Origin: Candidatus Wolfebacteria bacterium
GTDB taxonomy: Bacteria > Patescibacteriota > Minisyncoccia > UBA6257 > UBA9933
Direction of reading: 5' to 3'
NCBI GenBank assembly: GCA_016188075.1
Contig: JACPIO010000025.1
Span: forward strand, 3,579 to 67,578
DNA length: 64,000 nucleotides
The notes beneath the pieces are model-generated. The model was not told where the DNA came from. It made no database searches and saw only the letters and a program-made list of their open reading frames with translations. Shown here in pieces: positions 1 to 9,405 of the stretch. How positions within the stretch are numbered: the stretch's first letter is position 1; each line of letters starts with the position of its first letter. The translations under genes were made by a program, and so were the position numbers.

Positions 1-73
1 TTTTATCAATACCCCGATTGTAAACGTGGTAAATCTCTCCTTCGGTAAATTGAATGTTTCTCATATTCTCTAT

Positions 74-96
74 CTTACGAGGCTTAACCTCGTAAA
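74..96. repeat. palindromic element copy 1 (cttacgagg-cttaa-cctcgtaaa)
   Basis: hairpin-forming inverted repeat; near-identical copies at 207-233 and 23093-23121. Confidence 0.7.
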
Positions 97-206
97 ATCA
101 AGGCTGAGTTATCCACAACCCTTTAATTGTTTACTTTTGGAAAACAAAGTAAAATCTTATTAGGAATCGAAAAAGAATAAGCAGATCAGCAATGGGTTAA
201 TTTCCC

Positions 207-233
207 AATCTTACGAGGCTTAGCCTCGTAAAG
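207..233. repeat. palindromic element copy 2 (aatcttacgaggc-tta-gcctcgtaaag)
   Basis: same sequence as 74-96 and 23093-23121; just upstream of the giant surface-protein gene. Confidence 0.7.
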
Positions 234-244
234 TTAATGATTCG

Positions 245-3200
245 ATGATTGGCAAGACAAAAAAGCATTACCAAAAATTTTTAGCCACAACGATTGCGAT
301 CGCCACGATCGTTTCGTTGGTTTTTTATTCCGTCCCGCAACCTGCGGAAGCGGCCACCTATACATTCCAGCAAACCAATTGGGCTGGGGGAGCGTCGACT
401 TCCACGGCCACGCATCCGGGGGATCAGACCAGTTGGAATAAATATGCTTCGGGCGGCGCCACCAATGGCTTGGTTGGGTATTGGCCATTAGAAGAAGGCA
501 GTGGCACAAGCACGGCTGATTTAAGCGGTAATGGAAATACAGGGACGTTAGCGGCCAGCCCTGCAACTCCCACTTGGACCACGGCTGGAAAAATCGGCAA
601 TGCGTTGAGTTTTGATGGGAGTGATGATTACGTAAACGTTCCAGATAACAGTTCATTGAAACCTACTTCAGCGATTACTTATGCCATGTGGGTCTATCCG
701 AGACTTGCCAGCACTTTCGGAGTGTTCTTTGAAAAGGGAGATTCTACTACCGCGGGATATGGGGCATTTGTTACTTCTGACAACAAGTTCTGTTTTATAG
801 TTAAGACAACCACGGGAACGTATGCGGTTGGTAATTCAACTGCCCTTTATCAAGTGAATCAATGGCAGCACGTTGCAGTTACTTACGATTCTTCGGGAGC
901 CAAAAATATATATGTTAATGGAGTCAACCAAACTTTAACCTCAAGTGCGAATTGTGCTTTAACCAATGGAAGCGGTGACATTAGCCAAAGTACCGCTGCT
1001 CTCATTTTTGGTGCGCGGACGGCTAATCAATATTTCTTCAACGGCTCAATTGACGAAGTCCGCGTCTACAACCGCGCGCTGGCTGCTACGGAGGTTGCGG
1101 AACTTTATGGGGGTATCTCCGCCATCAACTCCGGGGCGGATTTGAGGATTGCGACTTCCACGGCTTCTTCGACCACCCAGACTGATGACGGAACAACGAA
1201 TACGGGATTTAATTTGGCTGGGAATTCGAAATCAAGCACTTATGTCCAAGGCACGAGCACTGCGGCCAATGTTCAGCTTTCGACAACAACGATTGGGTGG
1301 TATACGACAACGTTGGATTCGACCGGAGATGTTGGCTATACACCAGTTTTGGCAATAGGTTCAGACGGTTTTGCGAGGATTGCTTATGGCGATGCCACAA
1401 ATACAACGCTTAAATTTATTCAATGCACAAATGCCAGCTGTTCTACTATGAATGTTTCAACCATAGATAGCGGTGTTTCTTTGGGTGTTATCAATCACCA
1501 GATAGCCCTTGTTTTAGGTAATGATGGATTTGGCAGAATTGTTTATGGTTCTCCAACTATAAAGTTTGCTCAGTGCGGCAATGCCAGTTGCTCGACTGCT
1601 ACAACAACGGTAATTCATACTGCGCCTGCCAACGATTGGGCTTCATTCGCGATTGCTTTAGGGTCAGATGGTTTTGCGAGATTCACCTTTTCTGATCCTG
1701 GCGGTCAAAATAACCCTCTTATATTTTATCAGTGCACAAATGACAGTTGTTCAACCAAGGCAAGCAGTACCATTGCTAATTCCGTTGGGCGTGATTCTGC
1801 TATTGCGATGGCGTCCGATGGCTTTGCAAGGATACTTAATAGTTATTGGTATCAATGTAATAATGCGAATTGTTCTAGTGTAACCACAAGTACCATTCCT
1901 TCTACTGCTCTATATTCTTCGCCTCTTTATCACGCATTGGTTTTGGGATCAGATGATTTTGGGAGAGTTACATTTTATAATGCTGGTGATGGAAACAGTT
2001 ATTTTTTCCAATGCACTAATGCCAGCTGTTCGACAACAACCAGCGCAAAAAGAATTGATTTAGCGTATCCGCAAAATAGTAGCTATCTGTCTTTTGCTTT
2101 GGACTCCGCCGGATTTGGTAGAATTAGTTATTATGCCACAAGCACCACTAGAGTGCTTAAATTCGCTCAATGCGCCGATGCCAGCTGTTCTTCGTATGCT
2201 TCCACGACTGTTGATTCAAGTTCGGCGGAGACTGGTTTGTACACCTCAATTAAACTCGGCACTGGCGCGAATCTGGATTTAGCTCGGATTGCTTACTACG
2301 ATAAGACCAACGGCAATCTCAAATACGCCTATCAAGCCTTGAATTATCCTTCGACTGGCACCTTTACCTCGGGCCCTATCAATGTCGGGAATTCAGCGGG
2401 TCTTTGGGGAAATTTATCTTGGAGCGCCACAACAACTGCCCAGACTTCTGTAACTATCAAAGCCAGATCAGCTACTAATTCTTCGATGACCGGAGCCACG
2501 GATTGGGCTTCTTGCTCCAATATCACGAATGGCGCCGCTTTATCAACCGGCGGCTGTGTTACCAATGGCAACAACCATCAATACATCCAGTATCAAGCGA
2601 CTTTATCCACCACTGACGCCACTCAAACCCCTTCTCTAAATGATATCACAATCAATTATCAATTTTATGGAACTTCCGGCGTCTTAACTTCTTCAGCTTA
2701 CGACTCCAATGACGCCGCTAACCTTATTGGCACTTTGGCTTGGGACGAAGATACGACTTCACCATCAAATACCACCAGCACCTTGTCTTTGCGCACTGCT
2801 TCTTCGTCATCTAATTTAGCCTTAATGTCCTGGACTGATTTTACTGTCAACACCTCTGGTTGTTCCAAGGCTTCTGGCACTGTAACCTGCGGTTCATCTG
2901 CCATTCCCAGCTCAATGAAAACCGGAGCAGATGACCAATGGTTTCAGTACAAAATAACTCTGGCCTCTTCCAATACCGGCAACACTCCCACCATCGCCGA
3001 AGTCCGGGTTCAATACGTTGTTAATGCCCCGCCTCAATTCAATCCTTCCTATGGCACTGGCGGCGTTTCTGTTGCCCAAAATTCTTCTTCAACTGACAGT
3101 AACTGGGGTAAAGTCCAGATTACCTATCAGGTTTTGGATCCTGACACCACTTCCGGCACTGCCACGCCCAACAATGTTTCTTCTTCCTTTGAATACAATA

Positions 3201-6200
3201 TCGGCGGCAGTTGGACAGCTGTTTCCCCGACCAATTTAGCCGCAGGCGATACAAACAATAAAACCGTAAGTCCAGACACCTATACTCAATATACCGCCAC
3301 TTGGGACGCTAAAACCCAAATTCCCAATACCTATTATGCTACAGCTCAAGTAAGACAAACCGTGAATGACCACGAAGCTGCTAATAATACCGCGATTGCC
3401 ACGAGTTCCGCTTTTATCCTGGACACTAAAAATCCCTCCTCCACAATGACTCTAAACGGCGCCTCTTCCACTTTTACTTATACTCTAACAGATGATTCGA
3501 ATATCAGCTTTACGCTCTCGAACAACAGCAACCTGTCAGCTGACGGGTTGAACGCTTCGTCGGGAATTTTGCAAACTCTTTCTGTCACCTCAACTTCAGC
3601 CACTGTAAACTGGACTCTGGCCACTTCAAGCTATCCCACGGTTTATTTGAATGTGCGAGATATCTATGGCAACAATGTAACTGGCACCGCAGTGGCTCCC
3701 ACTCTTCCTTCTTCAATGGACATCAAAGACGTTTCCAATGTTACGACTAATTCATATTCCAACTTTATCTCCTGGGGAGTCTACAGCTCTGGAGCCAACG
3801 CCACTTTTTCCAATTATCGGGTGTTTCGGTCAACAAATGGCGGAAGCACTTATTCTCTTTTGACCACGATCACTGACGTGAACACCAATTATTACAGGGA
3901 CGCCTCTTTATCCTCTTCCACCACTTATTACTACAAAACCACGATTACGGATACGGACAACGACGTCTCCAGTTTTTCCTCGTCGGTCAATCACCAGCCC
4001 GTTGGTTCTGGCGGCACTGACCTTACTCCTCCAGCCATCACCAATGTTACGGTAACCTCAACTCAAGCCACCTGGGCCAGAATCACCTGGACCACGGATG
4101 AGTTGGCCACTCCGGAAATCAATTATTCGGCTTCTTCCACTGCTTACAATTTGACCGCGTCTACCACATCTTATTTAACTTCTCACGATATTACTCTTTC
4201 GGGTTTAACTCCCAATACGGTTTATTATTTCCGAGTGAGATCAACGGATATTGAAGGAAACCGAGGCACGAATGACAATGGGGGCTCCGGCTTTACCTTT
4301 ACCACCACAGGCGGCCCCATTATCTCGGATGTGACCACGGAATCTGTGACTGACAATTCCGCCACCATTATCTGGAATACCAATGTGGCGGCAAACTCCG
4401 CAGTTGTTTACGCTCAAAACATAACTGCTCTAAGAACCGGCGCTGGCATCTCGGAAGTTTCAAGCTCCAGCCCTGTGACCGGACCTCCGTATCAGCACCG
4501 AATCACGATTACTGGTTTAACTTCCAGAACCACCTATTACTACTATCCCAAAGTAACCGCTTCTTCGGATACCACGACCGACTCCAATTCCGGCAACTAT
4601 TATTCTTTCCGCACGGCTTACGACACCAAACCACCGGTGATCACCAATGTCACAACCACTGTTGTTACCAAAAACTCGGCTGTGATTACCTGGGTAACTG
4701 ACGAGTTATCTTCGAGTCAAGCTGACTATGGTTTAGCTGCCGGCTCCTATACCAATGCCACGACCATTGATTCCTTATTATCCATTACCCATTCCGCAAC
4801 TATTATTGGTCTTGCCCGAACCACCACTTATTATTTCCGAGTGAGATCAATTGACGCGGCTAACAATGAAGCCATCTCTCCGGAAGCTAATTTCCGCACC
4901 ACTGAAGCTGACACCATTATTATCTCAACAGGAGGCGCTGGCGGCGCTCCGCCTCCACCGCCCAGAGACACCACCCCGCCCAAGATCTCGGATATTCAAG
5001 CCGTAGATATTTCGGCTTTCGGAGCCACGGTGAAATTCGAAACAAACGAGTCGGCTCTCGCCATTATGGATTACGGCGAAACCAATATCTACGGCTTCGC
5101 GGCCGCGAGTCGCGACTTTCTGACCGGTCACGCCATTAAGCTCTCCGGCTTAAAACTCGGCACCGATTATCACTTTAAGATAAAGGCGATTGACAAAGAT
5201 AATAATTCGGCGACATCAGAAGATAATACTTTTCGGACGAAATTTTTCGCTGAATCCGTGGCCGAATTAAAAACAGTGGAGAACGCGTATCAGTTTCAGC
5301 AGGAAGTCGAAGAATCAATTGAATCAATCTTGCCGAGCATCATCCCGCCCTTTATCGAGAAGCCGAGAGTGGTTGACATTGCCGAAAATTCGGCGACCGT
5401 GCTTTGGAAAACTAATGTAAAAGCTTTCTCGGTCGTTGCTTACGCGCCGGAAGATGAATACGAAAAAGATCCGGTGAAACCCTACACCGCCGAGGCGGCT
5501 AATATCGAACGCAAAGTTCAAGAACATGAAGTGAAGCTCGCTGGTCTCAAGTCCAACACCCTTTATCACTATCAGGCTAAAGCTTTTAGTCTGCCTCAAG
5601 CTCTAAGCAAAACACCGGATTCGACTTTCCTTACGAAAACAGCCAAGACCCAGCCGCGAGTAGCTGATGTTGATAAAGACGCGATTCGAATCGTCTGGCG
5701 AACAGACGAGACGGCCAGTTCCATTGTGGAATACAAAAATTTGCGGACCGGGGAAATTAATCGGAAGATTAACGAAGAGAAAGTGAGCGATCACGACGCG
5801 CGGATTGAAAATTTATCTCCGGATACCACGTATCAAATCAGCGTTTCCGGCTATAATGTTAAAGATAATTTAATTGAAGGCGGCGAGCCCATTACTGTTA
5901 AAACCTCGAAGGACGTAACGCCGCCGGTGATCTCCTCGATTAAAATTGACAACGCCTTAGTGCCGGGCCGCACCGATCGCGTGCAAACCGTGGTCGGTTG
6001 GAAGACCAACGAGCCGGCGACATCCGTTGTTTTCTACGAAGAAGGAACCTCCGGGAAAAAGGGAACTGCCTTGGCGAATAAAATTGAAATTCCCAATCAG
6101 TTAGTGACGGACCACAATGTTATTTTAACCGAACTCCGGCCCGGAATACTTTACCGCGTTCAGTTGACATCCGTGGACGAAGCCGGCAATAAAATAACCT

Positions 6201-6304
6201 CGCCGGTCAGAACAATCATCACTCCCCAGCAAGCGCAATCAATTGTTGACGTTATTGTCAAAAATTTCGAAGACACCTTTAAATTTTTGAAAGAGATTAG
6301 GTAG
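245..6304 (+). CDS. giant secreted/cell-surface protein (2019 aa): N-terminal TM/signal, LamG/concanavalin-like domain, ~6 tandem ~50-aa Cys repeats (F-x-QCTNASCST), multiple FN3-like modules, Pro-rich linker
   Basis: single uninterrupted ORF; hydrophobic N-terminus; LamG-like block (FDGSDDYVNVPD...WQHVAVTYD...DEVRVYNRAL); repeated TWTTDE...YYFRVRS FN3-like signatures. Confidence 0.8.
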   Translation: MIGKTKKHYQKFLATTIAIATIVSLVFYSVPQPAEAATYTFQQTNWAGGASTSTATHPGDQTSWNKYASGGATNGLVGYWPLEEGSGTSTADLSGNGNTGTLAASPATPTWTTAGKIGNALSFDGSDDYVNVPDNSSLKPTSAITYAMWVYPRLASTFGVFFEKGDSTTAGYGAFVTSDNKFCFIVKTTTGTYAVGNSTALYQVNQWQHVAVTYDSSGAKNIYVNGVNQTLTSSANCALTNGSGDISQSTAALIFGARTANQYFFNGSIDEVRVYNRALAATEVAELYGGISAINSGADLRIATSTASSTTQTDDGTTNTGFNLAGNSKSSTYVQGTSTAANVQLSTTTIGWYTTTLDSTGDVGYTPVLAIGSDGFARIAYGDATNTTLKFIQCTNASCSTMNVSTIDSGVSLGVINHQIALVLGNDGFGRIVYGSPTIKFAQCGNASCSTATTTVIHTAPANDWASFAIALGSDGFARFTFSDPGGQNNPLIFYQCTNDSCSTKASSTIANSVGRDSAIAMASDGFARILNSYWYQCNNANCSSVTTSTIPSTALYSSPLYHALVLGSDDFGRVTFYNAGDGNSYFFQCTNASCSTTTSAKRIDLAYPQNSSYLSFALDSAGFGRISYYATSTTRVLKFAQCADASCSSYASTTVDSSSAETGLYTSIKLGTGANLDLARIAYYDKTNGNLKYAYQALNYPSTGTFTSGPINVGNSAGLWGNLSWSATTTAQTSVTIKARSATNSSMTGATDWASCSNITNGAALSTGGCVTNGNNHQYIQYQATLSTTDATQTPSLNDITINYQFYGTSGVLTSSAYDSNDAANLIGTLAWDEDTTSPSNTTSTLSLRTASSSSNLALMSWTDFTVNTSGCSKASGTVTCGSSAIPSSMKTGADDQWFQYKITLASSNTGNTPTIAEVRVQYVVNAPPQFNPSYGTGGVSVAQNSSSTDSNWGKVQITYQVLDPDTTSGTATPNNVSSSFEYNIGGSWTAVSPTNLAAGDTNNKTVSPDTYTQYTATWDAKTQIPNTYYATAQVRQTVNDHEAANNTAIATSSAFILDTKNPSSTMTLNGASSTFTYTLTDDSNISFTLSNNSNLSADGLNASSGILQTLSVTSTSATVNWTLATSSYPTVYLNVRDIYGNNVTGTAVAPTLPSSMDIKDVSNVTTNSYSNFISWGVYSSGANATFSNYRVFRSTNGGSTYSLLTTITDVNTNYYRDASLSSSTTYYYKTTITDTDNDVSSFSSSVNHQPVGSGGTDLTPPAITNVTVTSTQATWARITWTTDELATPEINYSASSTAYNLTASTTSYLTSHDITLSGLTPNTVYYFRVRSTDIEGNRGTNDNGGSGFTFTTTGGPIISDVTTESVTDNSATIIWNTNVAANSAVVYAQNITALRTGAGISEVSSSSPVTGPPYQHRITITGLTSRTTYYYYPKVTASSDTTTDSNSGNYYSFRTAYDTKPPVITNVTTTVVTKNSAVITWVTDELSSSQADYGLAAGSYTNATTIDSLLSITHSATIIGLARTTTYYFRVRSIDAANNEAISPEANFRTTEADTIIISTGGAGGAPPPPPRDTTPPKISDIQAVDISAFGATVKFETNESALAIMDYGETNIYGFAAASRDFLTGHAIKLSGLKLGTDYHFKIKAIDKDNNSATSEDNTFRTKFFAESVAELKTVENAYQFQQEVEESIESILPSIIPPFIEKPRVVDIAENSATVLWKTNVKAFSVVAYAPEDEYEKDPVKPYTAEAANIERKVQEHEVKLAGLKSNTLYHYQAKAFSLPQALSKTPDSTFLTKTAKTQPRVADVDKDAIRIVWRTDETASSIVEYKNLRTGEINRKINEEKVSDHDARIENLSPDTTYQISVSGYNVKDNLIEGGEPITVKTSKDVTPPVISSIKIDNALVPGRTDRVQTVVGWKTNEPATSVVFYEEGTSGKKGTALANKIEIPNQLVTDHNVILTELRPGILYRVQLTSVDEAGNKITSPVRTIITPQQAQSIVDVIVKNFEDTFKFLKEIR

Positions 6305-6323
6305 GGGACGGATACCTGCCTTA

Positions 6324-6351
6324 TTGACAAACCCGTTGGGCTGATTATAAT
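6324..6351 (+). promoter_or_regulatory. sigma70-like promoter (TTGACA-16-TATAAT) for the TA operon
   Basis: ttgaca at 6324-6329, tataat at 6346-6351, about 25 nt upstream of ATG 6375. Confidence 0.55.
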
Positions 6352-6374
6352 AATATTATAATAGCAAAAAAGAT

Positions 6375-6608
6375 ATGACGCAAAAAGTTTTAAAGGTAGG
6401 GTCTTCCGCCGCCGTCACGATTCCCAAAAAATCGCTTAAAGAACTCGGTTTGAAAATTGGCGATTGGGTGTCTGTTGTTGTTGGCGCAAGGTCGGTGGTT
6501 ATTAGGCCGCACAGCAACTTTTCAAAAAGCGAAAATAAAATAGCGGAGTTAACGCTTAATTTTGTGAACCGTTATCGCAAAGATTTGGAAAATTTGTCCA
6601 AAAAGTAA
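6375..6608 (+). CDS. AbrB/MazE/SpoVT-type antitoxin
   Basis: 77 aa; swapped-hairpin motif VGSSAAVTIPKKSLKELGLKIGDWVSV; immediately upstream of the Doc gene with a 1-nt gap. Confidence 0.7.
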   Translation: MTQKVLKVGSSAAVTIPKKSLKELGLKIGDWVSVVVGARSVVIRPHSNFSKSENKIAELTLNFVNRYRKDLENLSKK

Positions 6609-6609
6609 A

Positions 6610-6993
6610 GTGGAATATCTAACCAGAAAAGACGTTTTATTGATTCATTCGATAATAATTGATGAAACGGGCGGGAGTCATGGCGTGAGAGATCATCACG
6701 CCATTTTAGTATTAGAAGATTTGCCGCGTCAGGCGGTTTTTGGGAAAGAGTTATATCCGACGATATATTTAAAAGCAGCGCTTTACGCGAGGAATATCAT
6801 CATGAGCCACCCGTTCATTGATGGGAATAAAAGGACCGGAGCGACCGCCGCATCGGTATTTTTAGAGAATAACGGCCATAAAATAACCGCTCAAAAAGGA
6901 GAGATTGAAAAATTCACCTTGAGAATCGTAAAGCAAAAACTGGATTTGGAAGAAATCGCTGATTGGTTTAAAAAACATTCGCGCAAGATTTAA
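6610..6993 (+). CDS. doc: Doc (death-on-curing) / Fic-family toxin
   Basis: 127 aa; Fic/Doc motif HPFIDGNKRTG. Confidence 0.8.
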   Translation: MEYLTRKDVLLIHSIIIDETGGSHGVRDHHAILVLEDLPRQAVFGKELYPTIYLKAALYARNIIMSHPFIDGNKRTGATAASVFLENNGHKITAQKGEIEKFTLRIVKQKLDLEEIADWFKKHSRKI

Positions 6994-7021
6994 TGAAAGC
7001 GGAATTAGATTGTTTGGCGTG

Positions 7022-7050
7022 AAAAATCGCCGCATTATGCGGCGATTTTT
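7022..7050 (+). terminator. intrinsic terminator after doc
   Basis: perfect 10-bp stem atcgccgcat/atgcggcgat followed by TTTTT. Confidence 0.75.
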
Positions 7051-7243
7051 GATTTGGGGATAAATTGTGCATAATTTTGCAGGTACATTAAAAATTTGGC
7101 TTAAATACTTGTTTTGTGATTTATGTTTCATGATATATGAAATAGTTGACTTTGTGGGGTTGGATGCCGCATTATTAATGCTAAGTGGGGAATTGTGGAT
7201 AACTCTGGGGATAAGTAGGCAAAGCGGGGGATAAGTCGAGGTC

Positions 7244-7444
7244 GCCACATCTCCCTTCTCACTAAATTTCAGTCGCCAATAAATAAAACTTGTTTCGCTC
7301 AATTTTCCTACAAAAATTCGGTTCCCGTTCCTCCTTCGTTTCTCTCAGGATTTTCCGACCAAATTTTTGTGATTAGGAAAATTTTCACTAAACTTCGTTA
7401 ATTTATTATGGCGACTTCAAAAAGCGTTCGAAGGGAGATGTGGC
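7244..7444. mobile_element. ~200-bp MITE-like element with 15-bp terminal inverted repeats (gccacatctcccttc / gaagggagatgtggc) and nested sub-terminal IRs
   Basis: perfect 15-bp TIRs at 7244-7258 and 7430-7444; non-coding; related TIRs at 15141-15252. Confidence 0.5.
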
Positions 7445-7496
7445 TCCCGGTAAAGGGTATTATTTAAAGTAAATTTCTGGCGAAAGTATTTCGATT

Positions 7497-7536
7497 TCTA
7501 AATTCATAATTCTTAATTCATTATTCATAATTCATG
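7497..7536. repeat. 8-bp periodic array (ttcataattc units) abutting the mraZ start
   Basis: same family as the arrays at 19166-19206 and 51442-51473. Confidence 0.6.
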
Positions 7537-7971
7537 AACGCCTTTATCGGTGAATACTCGCACAATTTAGATCAGAAGGGCCGAATGGCGATTCCGGCGA
7601 AATTTAGAGAGAAGATGGTGGGCGGCGCGATTGTAACGCGCGGATTAGACCACTGCCTTTTTGTTTTTACCAATAAAGAATGGGAAGCGTTGGCGCAAAA
7701 GTTGGTAAGTTTGCCTTTGGCGCAATCAAATTCTCGGGCGTTTGTCCGTTTGATGCTCGCCGGAGCAATGGATGTGGAATTGGATAAGCAAGGCAGAATT
7801 TTAATTCCGGACTATCTAAGGGATTACGCTTGTTTGAAAAAACAGGTGGTGGTGGCTGGAATTTATAATCGTTTTGAAATTTGGGACAGCGAGGCGTGGA
7901 AGCAGTATAAAAATAAAACCGAAAGTCAGTCGGATGAGATAGCGGAGAAACTTTCGGAGTTAGGGATTTAG
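7534..7971 (+). CDS. mraZ: transcriptional regulator MraZ
   Basis: 145 aa; N-terminal IGEYSHNLDQKGRMAIP and second DKQGRILIP repeat typical of MraZ. Confidence 0.85.
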   Translation: MNAFIGEYSHNLDQKGRMAIPAKFREKMVGGAIVTRGLDHCLFVFTNKEWEALAQKLVSLPLAQSNSRAFVRLMLAGAMDVELDKQGRILIPDYLRDYACLKKQVVVAGIYNRFEIWDSEAWKQYKNKTESQSDEIAEKLSELGI

Positions 7972-7982
7972 CTTATTAGCTT
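7971..7982. repeat. left 12-bp inverted repeat (gcttattagctt) of the IVS-protein cassette
   Basis: perfect reverse complement of 8365-8376. Confidence 0.6.
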
Positions 7983-8005
7983 CATTAGCTTTTCAGGGAT
8001 TAGTC

Positions 8006-8371
8006 ATGATGGTCCATTCATACAAAGATTTAATAGTTTGGCAGAGGTCAGTTGAGCTAGTGGTCGCTGTTTATGAACTAACAGAAAAATTTCCAAAAGA
8101 AGAGATTTATGGATTGGTTTCACAAATGAGGAGAGCGGCGGTTTCAATTCCGTCGAACATCGCGGAAGGAAGATTAAGAGGAACAAGAAAAGATTTCTCG
8201 CAGTATTTAAGAATCGCGTACAGTTCGGGGGCTGAGTTGGAAACGCAAGTAGTAATAGCCAAAGCGCTTCCCAAGATGAAAAATCTCAATTATTTAAAAG
8301 TTGATTCATTATTGGAAGAAACAATGAAAATGCTGAACGTAATGATAAGGGGGTTAAATCCTAAAAGCTAA
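8006..8371 (+). CDS. four-helix-bundle protein, 23S rRNA intervening-sequence protein family
   Basis: 121 aa; motif FPKEE...QMRRAAVSIPSNIAEG...FLRIAYSSGAELETQ; inserted between mraZ and rsmH; flanked by 12-bp inverted repeats. Confidence 0.8.
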   Translation: MMVHSYKDLIVWQRSVELVVAVYELTEKFPKEEIYGLVSQMRRAAVSIPSNIAEGRLRGTRKDFSQYLRIAYSSGAELETQVVIAKALPKMKNLNYLKVDSLLEETMKMLNVMIRGLNPKS

Positions 8372-8376
8372 TAAGC
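8365..8376. repeat. right 12-bp inverted repeat (aagctaataagc) of the IVS-protein cassette
   Basis: perfect reverse complement of 7971-7982. Confidence 0.6.
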
Positions 8377-8394
8377 TATAGAAGCTAAAGGGCT

Positions 8395-9405
8395 ATGCAC
8401 CAACCGGTTCTTTTAAAAGAAACAATAGCTTTACTGGATCCGAAGCCCGGAGAATTCATTATTGATGGAACAATTGGTTCGGGCGGCCACGCAGCTAAAA
8501 TTTTTGAGAAAATTTTACCTCAAGGTAAATTGATTGGTATAGATTTAGATAAAGATAATCTTAAAAAAACAGAATCAAAAATTTTAGCTGAAATCAAAAA
8601 TGAAAAAGACCCGCCGGGGAGCGCAGCAGTAAAGATTAAAAATAATTTAATTCTGATTCAGGGAAATTACGCGGACTTACCGGAAATTCTTCAAAGCGCG
8701 GAACTACGCGGACTAAACGCAGACAAACGCGGAAAAAGAAAAGTTGATGGGTTATTACTCGATTTGGGGATGTCGTCGGAGCAGATAGAGCGGTCGGGAA
8801 GGGGGTTCAGTTTTTTGAGAAACGAGAAGTTAGACATGAGATATAACCATGAAGCAGGAAGCATGAATCATGAAGCATGGGCGACGGCAGGGGAAGTAAT
8901 AAATCGATTAAGTGAGAAGGAGTTGGCGGAGATTTTTTGGAAATACGGGGAGGAAAGATATTCGCGGCGGATCGCTAAGGGAATAGTAGAAAGTAGAAAG
9001 AGAATGGCGATTAAAACAACATTTGATCTGGTTCGCATCATAAGAAAATCAGCGCCAAAAAGTTATGAGAAGGGGCGTATACATCCGGCCACCAGAATTT
9101 TTCAGGCGCTTCGAATATATATAAACGACGAGTTGGGAAACTTAGAAAGATTGTTGAAAAATGCGCCTAATATTTTAAAAAGTGGCGGCCGGGCAGTAAT
9201 AATTTCTTTTCATTCGCTCGAGGATCGGTTAGTGAAAAATTATTTTAGAGAGATGAAAAAAGAAGGAAAAGCGGAGATTTTGACAAAAAAACCCATTATG
9301 GCTACGAGAGAAGAGGTGAAATTGAATCCTCGGTCTCGCTCCGCCAAACTTAGGGCAATAAAATTTAATTATTCTACGAAATTCGTAGACGATCGGCGAC
9401 CATGA
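8395..9405 (+). CDS. rsmH: 16S rRNA m4C1402 methyltransferase RsmH (MraW), with a low-complexity in-frame insert
   Basis: MHQPVLLKE...DGTIGSGGHA SAM-binding motif; ~25 aa longer than typical; insert SAELRGLNADKRGKRK is encoded by the ACGCGGA array at 8665-8738. Confidence 0.85.
   Translation: MHQPVLLKETIALLDPKPGEFIIDGTIGSGGHAAKIFEKILPQGKLIGIDLDKDNLKKTESKILAEIKNEKDPPGSAAVKIKNNLILIQGNYADLPEILQSAELRGLNADKRGKRKVDGLLLDLGMSSEQIERSGRGFSFLRNEKLDMRYNHEAGSMNHEAWATAGEVINRLSEKELAEIFWKYGEERYSRRIAKGIVESRKRMAIKTTFDLVRIIRKSAPKSYEKGRIHPATRIFQALRIYINDELGNLERLLKNAPNILKSGGRAVIISFHSLEDRLVKNYFREMKKEGKAEILTKKPIMATREEVKLNPRSRSAKLRAIKFNYSTKFVDDRRP
8665..8738. repeat. ACGCGGA-type periodic array inside rsmH coding sequence
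   Basis: units attacgcggactta, agcgcggaact, acgcggactaa, acgcagacaa, acgcggaaaa. Confidence 0.6.

Noticed and set aside
234-656. Minus-strand ORF 234-656 and the many 60-150-aa ORFs antisense to large genes (e.g. 1209-1406, 2344-2574, 4925-5131, 46663-46854, 62406-62831, 63444-63842)
   Set aside because: They lie entirely inside long, well-supported CDSs on the opposite strand and have no independent support.
6862-7302. ORF 6862-7302(-)
   Set aside because: Overlaps the 3' end of doc, its terminator and the repeat-rich spacer. AT-rich nonsense translation.
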